Assembly (NCBI GenBank): GCA_965208835.1
Contig: OZ242358.1
Span: forward strand, 704,001 to 768,000
Direction of reading: 5' to 3'
DNA length: 64,000 bases
Source of the DNA: Candidatus Latescibacterota bacterium
GTDB lineage: Bacteria > Latescibacterota > UBA2968 > GCA-2709665
In this document: one piece after another, positions 45,565 to 54,530 of the stretch
How the letters are laid out: every line of letters starts with the position of its first letter
Numbering within the stretch: the first letter of the stretch is position 1
Position numbers and translations under genes: made by a program
Notes under the pieces: generated by a model
What the model was told of the DNA's origin: nothing
Seen by the model: the letters and a program-made list of their open reading frames with translations, nothing else
The model's database searches: none

Positions 45565-47544
45565 ATGGCGCAGAGTTCCGCAATTCGAGCGGAGTCCGAA
45601 TCCCAAACGGCACTGAAGACCGACGCGGTGACGCTTCGCGCGGTCGGCATCGGCCTGCTGCTCGTGCTCGTCGTCAATTTCTGGATTTCAACCACCGAAT
45701 ACGTCATCCACGCCTCGCGGATGCAGCTCTCCTTTTTTCCCCTCGCCCTCTTTGCCGCCTTCCTCGTGCTGGTCATCGTCAACGGCTTCGTCCGCCGCCT
45801 CCGTCCGCACAGCGCCCTGCAGTCGTCCGAACTGCTCGCCATCCTGGCGATGGGGTTCGTGGGCGCCGTGGTGCCCACCTCGGGCATAACCGGCTTTCTC
45901 CTCGGCATTCTTTCGGGGGTCTACTATTTCGCCACGCCCGAGAACCAGTGGGCCAACTATCTCCATCCCAATATTCCGGGATGGGCCGTACCCTCGAACG
46001 AAAACCATGCGATGACCTGGTTTTACGAGGGGCTGCCCGAGGGGCAGCAAGCGCCGTACCAGGCCTGGATTGCGCCTTTGATCAGCTGGATCTTTTTTCT
46101 GCTGGCCCTATGCACGCTCCTGTTCTGTATTTCGGTAATCCTCCGCAAGCAGTGGGTGCGGAACGAGCGCCTGGTCTTTCCGCTGGCTTCCGTGGGGGCT
46201 ACGCTCACGCGCGGGAGCCGCGGCGGTTTCCTTCCGGATGCCCTGCGCGGCGGCCTCTTCTGGGGCGGCTTCGGCGTGGGATTCGGCGCCATTTCCTGGA
46301 ATATCCTCAACTATTTCTGGCCGGTCGTGCCCAAGATCCCCTTGCAGGGCAAGTGGGTCGTCTTTGCAAAAGGCTTTCCGCGCGTCAACACCCGCATCAA
46401 CTTTCTGACTGCGGGATTCGCGTACTTCGCCAACCTGAATATCCTGTTCTCGATCTGGGTCTTCTTTGTACTCTTTTTCTGGTTCGAAAACGGCATCATC
46501 AACCGCATCGGATACGTGATCCCGCGCAAGCCGCTCAACTTCTCTGCCGAAACCGAGGTCACGGCGTGGCAGGGTTTTGGCGCGCTGACCGTGCTGGTGC
46601 TGTGGAACCTCTGGACCGCCCGCACCCATATCAAAGCCGTCTTTGCCAGGGCATTCGGGAAGGGAGACGCGGATGACGCCGGCGAACTGCTCTCGTACCG
46701 GTTTGCCGTGTTCGGACTCATCGGCAGCCTCGTCTTCGTCTGCGCCTTCTTCTCCCAACTGGGCATGCAGGGTAAACTCGTCGCACTGCTCGTGCCCGCC
46801 CTGATCGTCAACTACCTCTCCATCGCCCGAATCGTCTGCGAGACGGGCCTGGCCTATATGCGTACTACGTTGACCGAACAGTACGCCGCCCTGTACACGA
46901 TCGGCACCAGCGCGCTCTCGCCCTCGAGCATGTCCGGCGTCAGCCTCACGTACAGCCTCGTCTGCCAGGGGAAGGGGACCTTTATGTCGCCCTTCATGCA
47001 CGTGGTCCGACTCGCGGACCTCATCCGCCGGAACCGGCGGCGGCTTGTGCCCGCCCTGGCCCTGGTCGTGGTCGTGGGCCTCGCGGCAGACTTCGCTCTC
47101 ACCATCTTCCTGGGTTATCGGACCGGCGCTTTCAATTTCAACGCCTGGCCCTTCTCCAGCGCCGGACGCTTCGCGTACGATCTCACCGTTACCCAGATGA
47201 GAAGCCCCTTCGATACCAGTTGGGAGCGGCTGGCCGTGTTCTGTGTGGGCGCCGCCGCGATGTCACTGCTGACCTTTCTGCACTACCGGCTGCCTTGGTG
47301 GCCGTTTCACCCCATCGCATTTCCCATTGCCTTCTCATGGAACACCCAGCTCACGTTTTTTTCGATCTTCGTCGTCTGGGCGATCAAGGCCATACTGCTC
47401 AAGGTTGGCGGCGTCAATCTCTACAGAAAATGGCAGCCCGCCTTCCTGGGGCTTCTGACCGGATACGTCCTGGCCATCACACTATCCTTCCTCGTGGACG
47501 CCGTCTGGTTCCCCGGCCAGGGTCACGGCGTACACAACTACTAG
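45565..47544 (+). CDS. DUF6785/DUF6784-type membrane protein, paralog 3
   Basis: YFATPENQW, ILRKQWVRNERLVFPL, WWPFHPIA, FPGQGHGVHNY. Confidence 0.8.
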   Translation: MAQSSAIRAESESQTALKTDAVTLRAVGIGLLLVLVVNFWISTTEYVIHASRMQLSFFPLALFAAFLVLVIVNGFVRRLRPHSALQSSELLAILAMGFVGAVVPTSGITGFLLGILSGVYYFATPENQWANYLHPNIPGWAVPSNENHAMTWFYEGLPEGQQAPYQAWIAPLISWIFFLLALCTLLFCISVILRKQWVRNERLVFPLASVGATLTRGSRGGFLPDALRGGLFWGGFGVGFGAISWNILNYFWPVVPKIPLQGKWVVFAKGFPRVNTRINFLTAGFAYFANLNILFSIWVFFVLFFWFENGIINRIGYVIPRKPLNFSAETEVTAWQGFGALTVLVLWNLWTARTHIKAVFARAFGKGDADDAGELLSYRFAVFGLIGSLVFVCAFFSQLGMQGKLVALLVPALIVNYLSIARIVCETGLAYMRTTLTEQYAALYTIGTSALSPSSMSGVSLTYSLVCQGKGTFMSPFMHVVRLADLIRRNRRRLVPALALVVVVGLAADFALTIFLGYRTGAFNFNAWPFSSAGRFAYDLTVTQMRSPFDTSWERLAVFCVGAAAMSLLTFLHYRLPWWPFHPIAFPIAFSWNTQLTFFSIFVVWAIKAILLKVGGVNLYRKWQPAFLGLLTGYVLAITLSFLVDAVWFPGQGHGVHNY

Positions 47545-47581
47545 GCACGATGGATGGCGGACATCCTTCCGCCACAAAACA

Positions 47582-47610
47582 AAGGGCCGACGATATTCCC
47601 GTCGGCCCTT
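47582..47610. terminator. Probable bidirectional terminator between convergent genes
   Basis: 11-bp stem AAGGGCCGACG/CGTCGGCCCTT with a 7-nt loop, A-rich on the left and T-containing on the right. Confidence 0.7.
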
Positions 47611-47637
47611 CCTGTTTGCCCGATTCTCCGGCGATGC

Positions 47638-49671
47638 TCAGGGCATCACCCGAAATACCGCTGAACTTGCCGCCTTGCTCGCCGCCTGCTGGTCCTCCAC
47701 GATCACCCTGAATGCCCATGGTCCCGGCGTGGACCCCTCCATATCCAGTGTGAGATAATGCGGCTGCCAATCCCTCGTTTCTCTGTACGAGTTGGTCACG
47801 GCCGTTGTCCACTCTGGAATGACCACGTCCTTTTCCTTCCACTTCTCCGGAAGCAGGCGGGTCTGGTATGTGATCCGGTAACTGGTGGCACCGAACTCAT
47901 CCCGCTTCAGATTGTAGACCTCGAAGTAGAACGACATGCTGGCGTCCCGCTGGCACTGCTTCAACGGGTTGGGCAACACCATAAACCTGTCCCGGCCGAA
48001 CGGTCGATCGTCCTGTTCGACCACCCGCTGAGCCAGGAGCAGGTCGCTGATTGCCAGTCTGTCCCGGCCGTACCGCCTGATCTGCAACGAATCGCGAAGG
48101 GTCCCCAGGCTGTGTTTGTTCAGGTCTTCCGTTTCGACCGCCAGGTGGTACTTCCCCGGATCCATTGAAAGGCGCTCGCCCCAGAAGAGGTATCCATCCC
48201 GCACGGCATTGCCTTCGATCCACGGCATTCTGTGAATGGGTGAAATGGTCTTCCTGACTTCCTGCCATCCTTCGTCAAACAGGAACAGACCCTGCCTGAG
48301 ATCCACAGCCTGAATTCCCGAGCTGACCTCGCGATGCGCGACGTGTTCGCCGGAAAGCGCATAGTACAGCTCCACCCGGGTCTTGCCGTCCTCGCCGCGA
48401 AACCTCGCGATCTCGAAGGGCGCGTCGTACCGTTTCAGCCAGTACGGGTCGCTGTAGTACTCGGGAACCCGCTTCACGAGGTCCTTGTATTTGCTCCGTA
48501 CCGATCCCCGAATCGAAACTTGCAGCACGTCCCAGTTGTTTTCACCCAGGCGTTCGAACGTTATGCTGAACCCCGGATAGCTCCACGTCTCGCGGAGCAG
48601 CACGTAATTCATCCGGTCCAGATAGATGTTTCGTGCGCCCGGTTGTCCATACCTTATGTATACCTGGCCGCGGTCCGTCTCCCAGCCCTCCACGCCGCGG
48701 TCCGGATCGGCAAACCTCAGATTGGCATACGCCACCCGCCTGCAGTGTTCCAGCATCCGCTCGTTTCCCGGTGTCAGGAACAAGGGGTCCCGGCCTGTCC
48801 AGAACCGGCGCAGGGTCTCTTCGTCCGGAAGTTCACCCCCGTCCCTCAACGCCTCCCGGTCCGTCAAAACCACCACCGACCTGATGAACTGCCGTTCCAG
48901 TCCGGACATCAGTTCCAGGCCTTCCGAATAGGCGGCGAAGGCCTTGTCCAGATTGTCACGGTTCTGGTAACCCAGCCCGGTGAAGAAATAAGCATCCCAG
49001 TCTTCCGGATGACGATCCGCATAATCTTCAAACAGCGCCACGAGCCGATCCGCCATATGGCCTTCAAGGTAGACCTGCCCCAGCAGAATCCGGGCAGGAC
49101 GATGTTCCGGGTCCACTTCCAGCACATGGGTCAGATAGCCGATCGCCTGCTCCCGCATTGCCATGCCGTAATTCCCGTAATTGAACCTTCGTTTCCGCTC
49201 AGGGCCCGATTTCAGGGTTTCCCGTTCCAGATTGTACATCATTTCACGGGCGGCGTATCTTCCGGCCTGATAGAGGGCGTCGGCGTCATTCGGCGAAAGC
49301 GCGATCGCCTTGCGGATCTGCTCGTAAAATTCATCCCTCGAACCCGACTGCCAGAAAATCTCCGCGTACGTCTTGACGTAGGCGGCGTTCTCCGGTTCGC
49401 GCTTCATCGCCCTGTGCACCCACTGCCTCGCGAACCGTCTGGACAACACCGTGCCGCGGCTCAGATAGTGCCTGGCCAGCGCGTGCATCGCCCTTCCCGA
49501 TGGATCGTACCGGACCGCCCGCTCCATCAGCGACACCCGCTTCATGTGCGACAGCGAGGTATCCGCCGCGGAGGCCAGCAGGGCCGCCACTTTGTACGCG
49601 TCCCGCTTTGCGGCCGCCGATGGGCTGGAGACGCAGAGGATGATCGTAAACAGCAGGGCGAGTCGCAACAT
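47638..49671 (-). CDS. TPR + GWxTD-domain protein
   Basis: Signal peptide, TPR-like helices, FWTGRDPLFLT..NERMLEHCRRVAYANLRF..GWETDRGQVYIRYG.P, C-terminal ISDLLLA..PNP..FYFEVYNL. Confidence 0.88.
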   Translation of the reverse strand: MLRLALLFTIILCVSSPSAAAKRDAYKVAALLASAADTSLSHMKRVSLMERAVRYDPSGRAMHALARHYLSRGTVLSRRFARQWVHRAMKREPENAAYVKTYAEIFWQSGSRDEFYEQIRKAIALSPNDADALYQAGRYAAREMMYNLERETLKSGPERKRRFNYGNYGMAMREQAIGYLTHVLEVDPEHRPARILLGQVYLEGHMADRLVALFEDYADRHPEDWDAYFFTGLGYQNRDNLDKAFAAYSEGLELMSGLERQFIRSVVVLTDREALRDGGELPDEETLRRFWTGRDPLFLTPGNERMLEHCRRVAYANLRFADPDRGVEGWETDRGQVYIRYGQPGARNIYLDRMNYVLLRETWSYPGFSITFERLGENNWDVLQVSIRGSVRSKYKDLVKRVPEYYSDPYWLKRYDAPFEIARFRGEDGKTRVELYYALSGEHVAHREVSSGIQAVDLRQGLFLFDEGWQEVRKTISPIHRMPWIEGNAVRDGYLFWGERLSMDPGKYHLAVETEDLNKHSLGTLRDSLQIRRYGRDRLAISDLLLAQRVVEQDDRPFGRDRFMVLPNPLKQCQRDASMSFYFEVYNLKRDEFGATSYRITYQTRLLPEKWKEKDVVIPEWTTAVTNSYRETRDWQPHYLTLDMEGSTPGPWAFRVIVEDQQAASKAASSAVFRVMP

Positions 49672-49855
49672 CAGGATTTCCAATTGATCGGGCGACGAGA
49701 GTCAACCGTCAAAGCGCCGGATTCCAGCGCGAGCGGCAGCCGGTTCAGGGAAGTCCTCAGCGGATTCCGTGTCATATTGTAGACCCGCCGGAGGAGTGAA
49801 TGGTTCCCTTGGCAAGAACGTTGTAACGTCGACAGAAGGGCGGGTTCTTCGCCGG

Positions 49856-51976
49856 TTACCACCTGACGCGAAAACGTGTTGTGGATTCGGTCTCGGTGCC
49901 GGACAGCAAGTCCTCGACGACCACCCGGAACGTGCGCAGACCCGGCGACGTCCCGTCCATGTCCACCCGCAGATACCGGGGTTCCCAGTCGCGGACGCCC
50001 CGGTACGTGTAGGACACCGCCGTCGTCCACTCAGGCTCCGGGTCCTCCAGCCGCCGCTTCTCCGGGAGCACCTGCGTCTGATAGCCAATCCTGTAATGCG
50101 TAGCGCCGAAGGTGTCGCGCGCCAGGTTGTACACCTCGAAATAAAACCACGCGCTTCCATCGCGCGAGCACTCATGCAATGGGTTGGGCAGCACGATATA
50201 CCTGCCGCGTTCCACCGGCCATTCATCGCGTTCCACGATCCGGCGCGCCATCAGCAGGCTGCTGATCTCCAGCGAATCGGGGTTGAACCGCCTCGCCTCC
50301 AACGGTTCCCTGAACGTCCCCACCTTCTTGCTCGGCTGGTCCTCCGCCTCCCCGGCCAGGTAATAATCCCCGGGCTCAAGCGTCAACTGCTCGCTCGCAA
50401 TCAGGTATCCGCGTTTGGTCGAGGCGTAATACAGCCAGGGCATCCGCCGCACGCGGCCGACCTCCCGCCGGAGCGTATCCCAGACCGTGTCGAACAGGAA
50501 CAGCGCCTGGACCACGTCCACCTCCCGGACACCGGGACCAACCTCCTTATGCGTGACCTGATCACCGGAAAGCGCATAGTACACTTCCACGCTCGTCTTT
50601 CCGCCGTCGCGCCGGAACTGCGCGATCTGATACGGCACGCTGTACTGATAGGGATAGCGGTAGTAATCCGGGACCAACGCCACCAGTTCGCTGAAGTTCA
50701 GTGTCTGCCCACCCAGCTTCGACTCGCCGAACCGCCACGAGTCCCAGGAATTCGTATTCAGGAATGAAACCTCGAACCCGTCGTACGTCCATGTATCCTT
50801 TCGAGGGTGGAATTCGAATATTCCCCCGGACGGCCGCCGGTTCCGCCGCCTCATCTCCGCTTCTTCCTCAATGGTCTTTGTCAGGCCCAGATCGATGTCC
50901 GCGGGCGTCATGTGCCGAGCCACAGGGTCGCCGTATCGGATATAGGCCTGTCCCCGGTCGGTCTCCCATCCGGCGTACCCGTTGATGGGGTCGCCGAAAC
51001 GCAGATTCGCGAAAGCCACGCGCCTGCACTGCTCCAGCATCCGCTCGTTGATCTCGCTCAGATACAACGGGTCCTTCCCGAACCAGAATTTCCGGATCTC
51101 TTCCACGTCCGGCGGTGGTTCCTCGTTCTTCGACGATTTCTTGTCACGCATCAGAAAGACCGATTGCATGAAGCGGCGTTGCCGGTCGGATAAACGCGCC
51201 AGACCGTCCACGTAGGCGCGGTAGGCGGCTTCGGGGTCGTCCCTTTGCTGATAGCCGAGTCCCATGAAGAAGTAGGCGTCGGCACGGCCCGGATTGCGTT
51301 CGATATCGTCCTGAAACAGGGAAATAAGCGCATTCGGCTTTCGCGCCATATAGTATGCCAGCCCGAGATGCACGCGGGACGGCCAGTGGTCGGCGTCCAG
51401 CCACAGGGCGCGGTCCAGGTATTCAATCCCCGCGTCCACGTCCATATCCGCGTACCCGCGCTGCGCGAACGTGCGCCCGGTCGTCACGTCACCGTCCCCT
51501 GCCACCCGCATCGCGTCCCCTACGTCCTCACGCGTGAAGAACGTCATTTCCCACGACCAGACCACGAACCGTCCCGCCCAATAGTACGCGCGCACGTTCC
51601 TGGGGTCCAGCGCGATGGCCTCCCGCGCTTTCTTGTACGAGGCGGACCTCGGTCCGGTGCGCCAGAGCAGCTCCGCGAAGGTCGCCGTGTATTCCCCGTT
51701 TTCGGGTTCACGCCCCATCGCCCGCTTGAGGAGCGACCGCGCCTGCTGCCGCGAATACGTCGTGCCTTTTTCCAGTCGCAATCGCGCGAGCGCATGGAGG
51801 GCGCGTCCCGTGCGGTCGAGCTTTATCGCCTCCTTCAGGAGGTCCCTGCGTCCGTCCAACCCCAGCGAGGTGTCGGCGGATGCCTGAATCAGGGAGTCAA
51901 CCTTCGCGGGGACGGCACGCGCGGCCTGCGCCGGGGTCGTCAACAACAGCAGGCAATTCAGGATCAATGCAATCAT
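49856..51976 (-). CDS. TPR + GWxTD-domain protein
   Basis: Start at ATG 51976 after a GGAGA RBS, then a signal peptide. KDPLYL..NERMLEQCRRVAFANLRF..GWETDRGQAYIRYGDP. Confidence 0.88.
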   Translation of the reverse strand: MIALILNCLLLLTTPAQAARAVPAKVDSLIQASADTSLGLDGRRDLLKEAIKLDRTGRALHALARLRLEKGTTYSRQQARSLLKRAMGREPENGEYTATFAELLWRTGPRSASYKKAREAIALDPRNVRAYYWAGRFVVWSWEMTFFTREDVGDAMRVAGDGDVTTGRTFAQRGYADMDVDAGIEYLDRALWLDADHWPSRVHLGLAYYMARKPNALISLFQDDIERNPGRADAYFFMGLGYQQRDDPEAAYRAYVDGLARLSDRQRRFMQSVFLMRDKKSSKNEEPPPDVEEIRKFWFGKDPLYLSEINERMLEQCRRVAFANLRFGDPINGYAGWETDRGQAYIRYGDPVARHMTPADIDLGLTKTIEEEAEMRRRNRRPSGGIFEFHPRKDTWTYDGFEVSFLNTNSWDSWRFGESKLGGQTLNFSELVALVPDYYRYPYQYSVPYQIAQFRRDGGKTSVEVYYALSGDQVTHKEVGPGVREVDVVQALFLFDTVWDTLRREVGRVRRMPWLYYASTKRGYLIASEQLTLEPGDYYLAGEAEDQPSKKVGTFREPLEARRFNPDSLEISSLLMARRIVERDEWPVERGRYIVLPNPLHECSRDGSAWFYFEVYNLARDTFGATHYRIGYQTQVLPEKRRLEDPEPEWTTAVSYTYRGVRDWEPRYLRVDMDGTSPGLRTFRVVVEDLLSGTETESTTRFRVRW

Positions 51977-52035
51977 TCGGATCTCCGAAAACCCGGCGGG
52001 ATTTTCTGTTATGCTTCTCCGATAACCACAATCTG

Positions 52036-53148
52036 CTACGGCGCCTGAACGGTCTCGCGGGAGCGACTGTACCGTTCGACCGCCTCCATATCCAGCTCGC
52101 ATCCCAGCCCCGGCGCCATGGGGACCGGCGTGAATCCGTCGGCGAATTCTCTCGACTCGCGGATCAGGCTGTGCTTTCTCACCCAGCTTCCGACGATGTC
52201 CGACGCCATCGTGCAGTTAGGCACCACGGCCACCGCGTGTACGTAGGAGGCTTCCAGGATTCCAAGGTCCACTCCGGAACCGTGCCAGCAGCGCATCCCG
52301 GCGGCCTCTGCGACGGCGGCGCTTTTCACGAAGCCCATCATGCTCCCTCCCAGATTCACGCAGTCCACCACGCCGGCCTTCACCGCGCGGATGACGTCCG
52401 ACCCGCTTCCGAGGTGCATCGCAATCGGGATGCTGGTGGCCTCGTAAATTGCAGCGTAGCCGTCCAGGTCCGACTTCGGAATCGGGTCTTCGAACACTTC
52501 CACATTGCCCAGGGCCTCGAGTTCACGGGCGAGTTCAATCGTCTGCGCCGCCGTACGAAACCGCTCGTTGGGGTCCACCGTGACCTTGAATTCCGGGCCG
52601 GCCACGTCCCGGATGGCCCGCAGCCGTTCCACCATCGGTTCCTCGATCTTGCACTTGATCTTGATGCCCTTGAAACCGTGCTCGAGCGCCCGCGCGACGG
52701 TCCGCTTTCCGTCTTCTGGCGTCTGGGAGCCCATCCAGTAGTCCGCGCGCACCCGGTCGCGCACCGCACCACCCATGAGCGCGTGAACGGGAAGCCCGCG
52801 CGCACGGCCTATAAGGTCGAAAACCGCCGTCTCCAGGGCGTGATACGCGGGACCCGTTCCCACGTTCAGCATCGTCTCCGTACCGTCGCTTCGAGGCTCG
52901 TAAATATTCTGCAGCGTTACCGCCTCGGGGTCCCTGCCAAGCACCAGGGCGGCGCCCGCACGCACGTCCTCGACGGGCACGCCACGGCCGGACTCGCCCA
53001 GCCCGTAATGCTCGGTATCCGTGTTGATCCGGAGAATATGCTTGGGTACCACGTCCCATCCGACTTCCGGTACCCATTCGGGGCTGTTCACGCGACCCGG
53101 ACGACTCGGCACCACCACGGTCCACAGATCCATCGACGTCATTTTCAT
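52036..53148 (-). CDS. Mandelate racemase/muconate lactonizing enzyme (enolase superfamily) protein
   Basis: GLGES, ALETAVFDLIGR..GLPVHALMGG.VRDRV, GFKGIKIK, VDPNE, FEDP, PGLGCELD. Confidence 0.88.
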   Translation of the reverse strand: MKMTSMDLWTVVVPSRPGRVNSPEWVPEVGWDVVPKHILRINTDTEHYGLGESGRGVPVEDVRAGAALVLGRDPEAVTLQNIYEPRSDGTETMLNVGTGPAYHALETAVFDLIGRARGLPVHALMGGAVRDRVRADYWMGSQTPEDGKRTVARALEHGFKGIKIKCKIEEPMVERLRAIRDVAGPEFKVTVDPNERFRTAAQTIELARELEALGNVEVFEDPIPKSDLDGYAAIYEATSIPIAMHLGSGSDVIRAVKAGVVDCVNLGGSMMGFVKSAAVAEAAGMRCWHGSGVDLGILEASYVHAVAVVPNCTMASDIVGSWVRKHSLIRESREFADGFTPVPMAPGLGCELDMEAVERYSRSRETVQAP

Positions 53149-53186
53149 CGTACGCTCCTCGGTTTCTGGTTTTCAACGAAAAGCAT

Positions 53187-53227
53187 TTGACAATCGTACT
53201 GCTATACTGTATATTGATAGTAATACA
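53187..53227 (+). promoter_or_regulatory. Sigma70 promoter overlapped by a YtrA-type GntR operator
   Basis: TTGACA (53187-92), 17-bp spacer, TATATT (53210-15). An imperfect palindrome TGTATATTGATAGTAATACA (53208-53227) covers the -10. Confidence 0.75.
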
Positions 53228-53251
53228 CTAATACACACAGGAGAATTCTCA

Positions 53252-53644
53252 GTGCTGATCGCGATCGATCACCACAGCGGCGTGCCGGTCTACCGGCAGT
53301 TGATGGACCAGATCAAGTTTCATATCGCCAGCGGCCTGTTGAAGCCTGGAGAAAAGCTGCCGGCCACACGCACGCTCTCCGCACAACTTGGCGTCAACCC
53401 GATGACAGTGAGCAAGGCCTACGGGTATCTGGAGGCCGAGGGCATGGTGGAGCGGCGGCGCGGACGTCCGTTGACCGTGAGTTACCTGGAGCCGGAAATG
53501 GTCGAAGTCCACAAGCTCAACCGGCTCCGGCAGAGCCTCGCGCCCGTCGCGGCCATCGCTAGACAGCTTGGCATCGAAAAGTCCCGGGCCCTGGAAATCT
53601 TCGGCCGGATGATAGACGACGCCGGGAATCAGGAGGAGCCATAA
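53252..53644 (+). CDS. GntR family regulator, YtrA subfamily
   Basis: GTG start after AGGAGA. PVYRQL..QIK..IASG.LKPGEKLP.TR.LS..LGVNPMTVSKAY, short C-domain, precedes an ABC ATPase. Confidence 0.9.
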   Translation: MLIAIDHHSGVPVYRQLMDQIKFHIASGLLKPGEKLPATRTLSAQLGVNPMTVSKAYGYLEAEGMVERRRGRPLTVSYLEPEMVEVHKLNRLRQSLAPVAAIARQLGIEKSRALEIFGRMIDDAGNQEEP

Positions 53645-53645
53645 T

Positions 53646-54530
53646 ATGGAATTCGCACTCGAAGTCAAGAATCTCACCAAGTCCTTCGGTGACGTCACCG
53701 CATTGGACAACGTGAGTGTGTCCGTTCCGAAGCCGGCTGTCGTGGGTCTCATCGGCAGAAACGGAAGCGGGAAGACCACCCTTCTCCGCCACGTCATCGG
53801 ACTCTACCTGCCGACCAGCGGACAATGCACCACCCTCGGATGCTCCAGCGACAAGCTCGGCCCGAACGAACTCTCGCGGATCGGGGTTGTGCACCAGGAG
53901 AACCGGTTCCTGGAATGGATGAAGGTGGAGCAGCATCTGCGCTATGTGTCCACCTTCTACAGGCACTGGGACCGTGACCTCGAGGAACGCCTGCTGGACG
54001 AACTGGAACTGGAATCCGATGCCCGGGTCGGGACCCTCTCACCGGGGAATGCCCAGAAACTGGGCATCATCCTGGCCGTCTGCCACCGGCCCGACCTGCT
54101 GATCCTGGACGAGCCCGTCAGCGGCCTGGACCCCATCACGCGCGAACAGTTCCTGAAATTCCTCCTCGAACTCCTTCAGCAGGACGCAAATACGATCGTC
54201 ATTTCGTCACACGTCCTGCACGACATCGAAAAGGTCATCGACCGCGTGATCTGTCTCGACCGGGGACGGATCAGGGCGGACGCCTCTCTGGACGATCTCC
54301 AGGAACGCTTCGCCGAATGGCGGGTCACCGCTAGGGACGGCAGGCTCCCCATCGGATTCGAAGAGAACTTCGTCATATCCCATGAGGGAGACAGCCGCCA
54401 GGCCCGCCTGCTCGTGAACGGCGCTTCCGACAACCTGGACGCGTTCAAGGCGAAATACGGCGTGGACGTGTCCAGCAGCCCGCTGAACCTGGAGCAGATG
54501 TTCCCGCTCCTGCTTGAGGAAACCCCGTGA
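53646..54530 (+). CDS. ABC transporter ATP-binding protein (YtrB-like)
   Basis: GRNGSGKTT, LSPG signature, ILDEPVSGLD, ISSH. Confidence 0.92.
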   Translation: MEFALEVKNLTKSFGDVTALDNVSVSVPKPAVVGLIGRNGSGKTTLLRHVIGLYLPTSGQCTTLGCSSDKLGPNELSRIGVVHQENRFLEWMKVEQHLRYVSTFYRHWDRDLEERLLDELELESDARVGTLSPGNAQKLGIILAVCHRPDLLILDEPVSGLDPITREQFLKFLLELLQQDANTIVISSHVLHDIEKVIDRVICLDRGRIRADASLDDLQERFAEWRVTARDGRLPIGFEENFVISHEGDSRQARLLVNGASDNLDAFKAKYGVDVSSSPLNLEQMFPLLLEETP

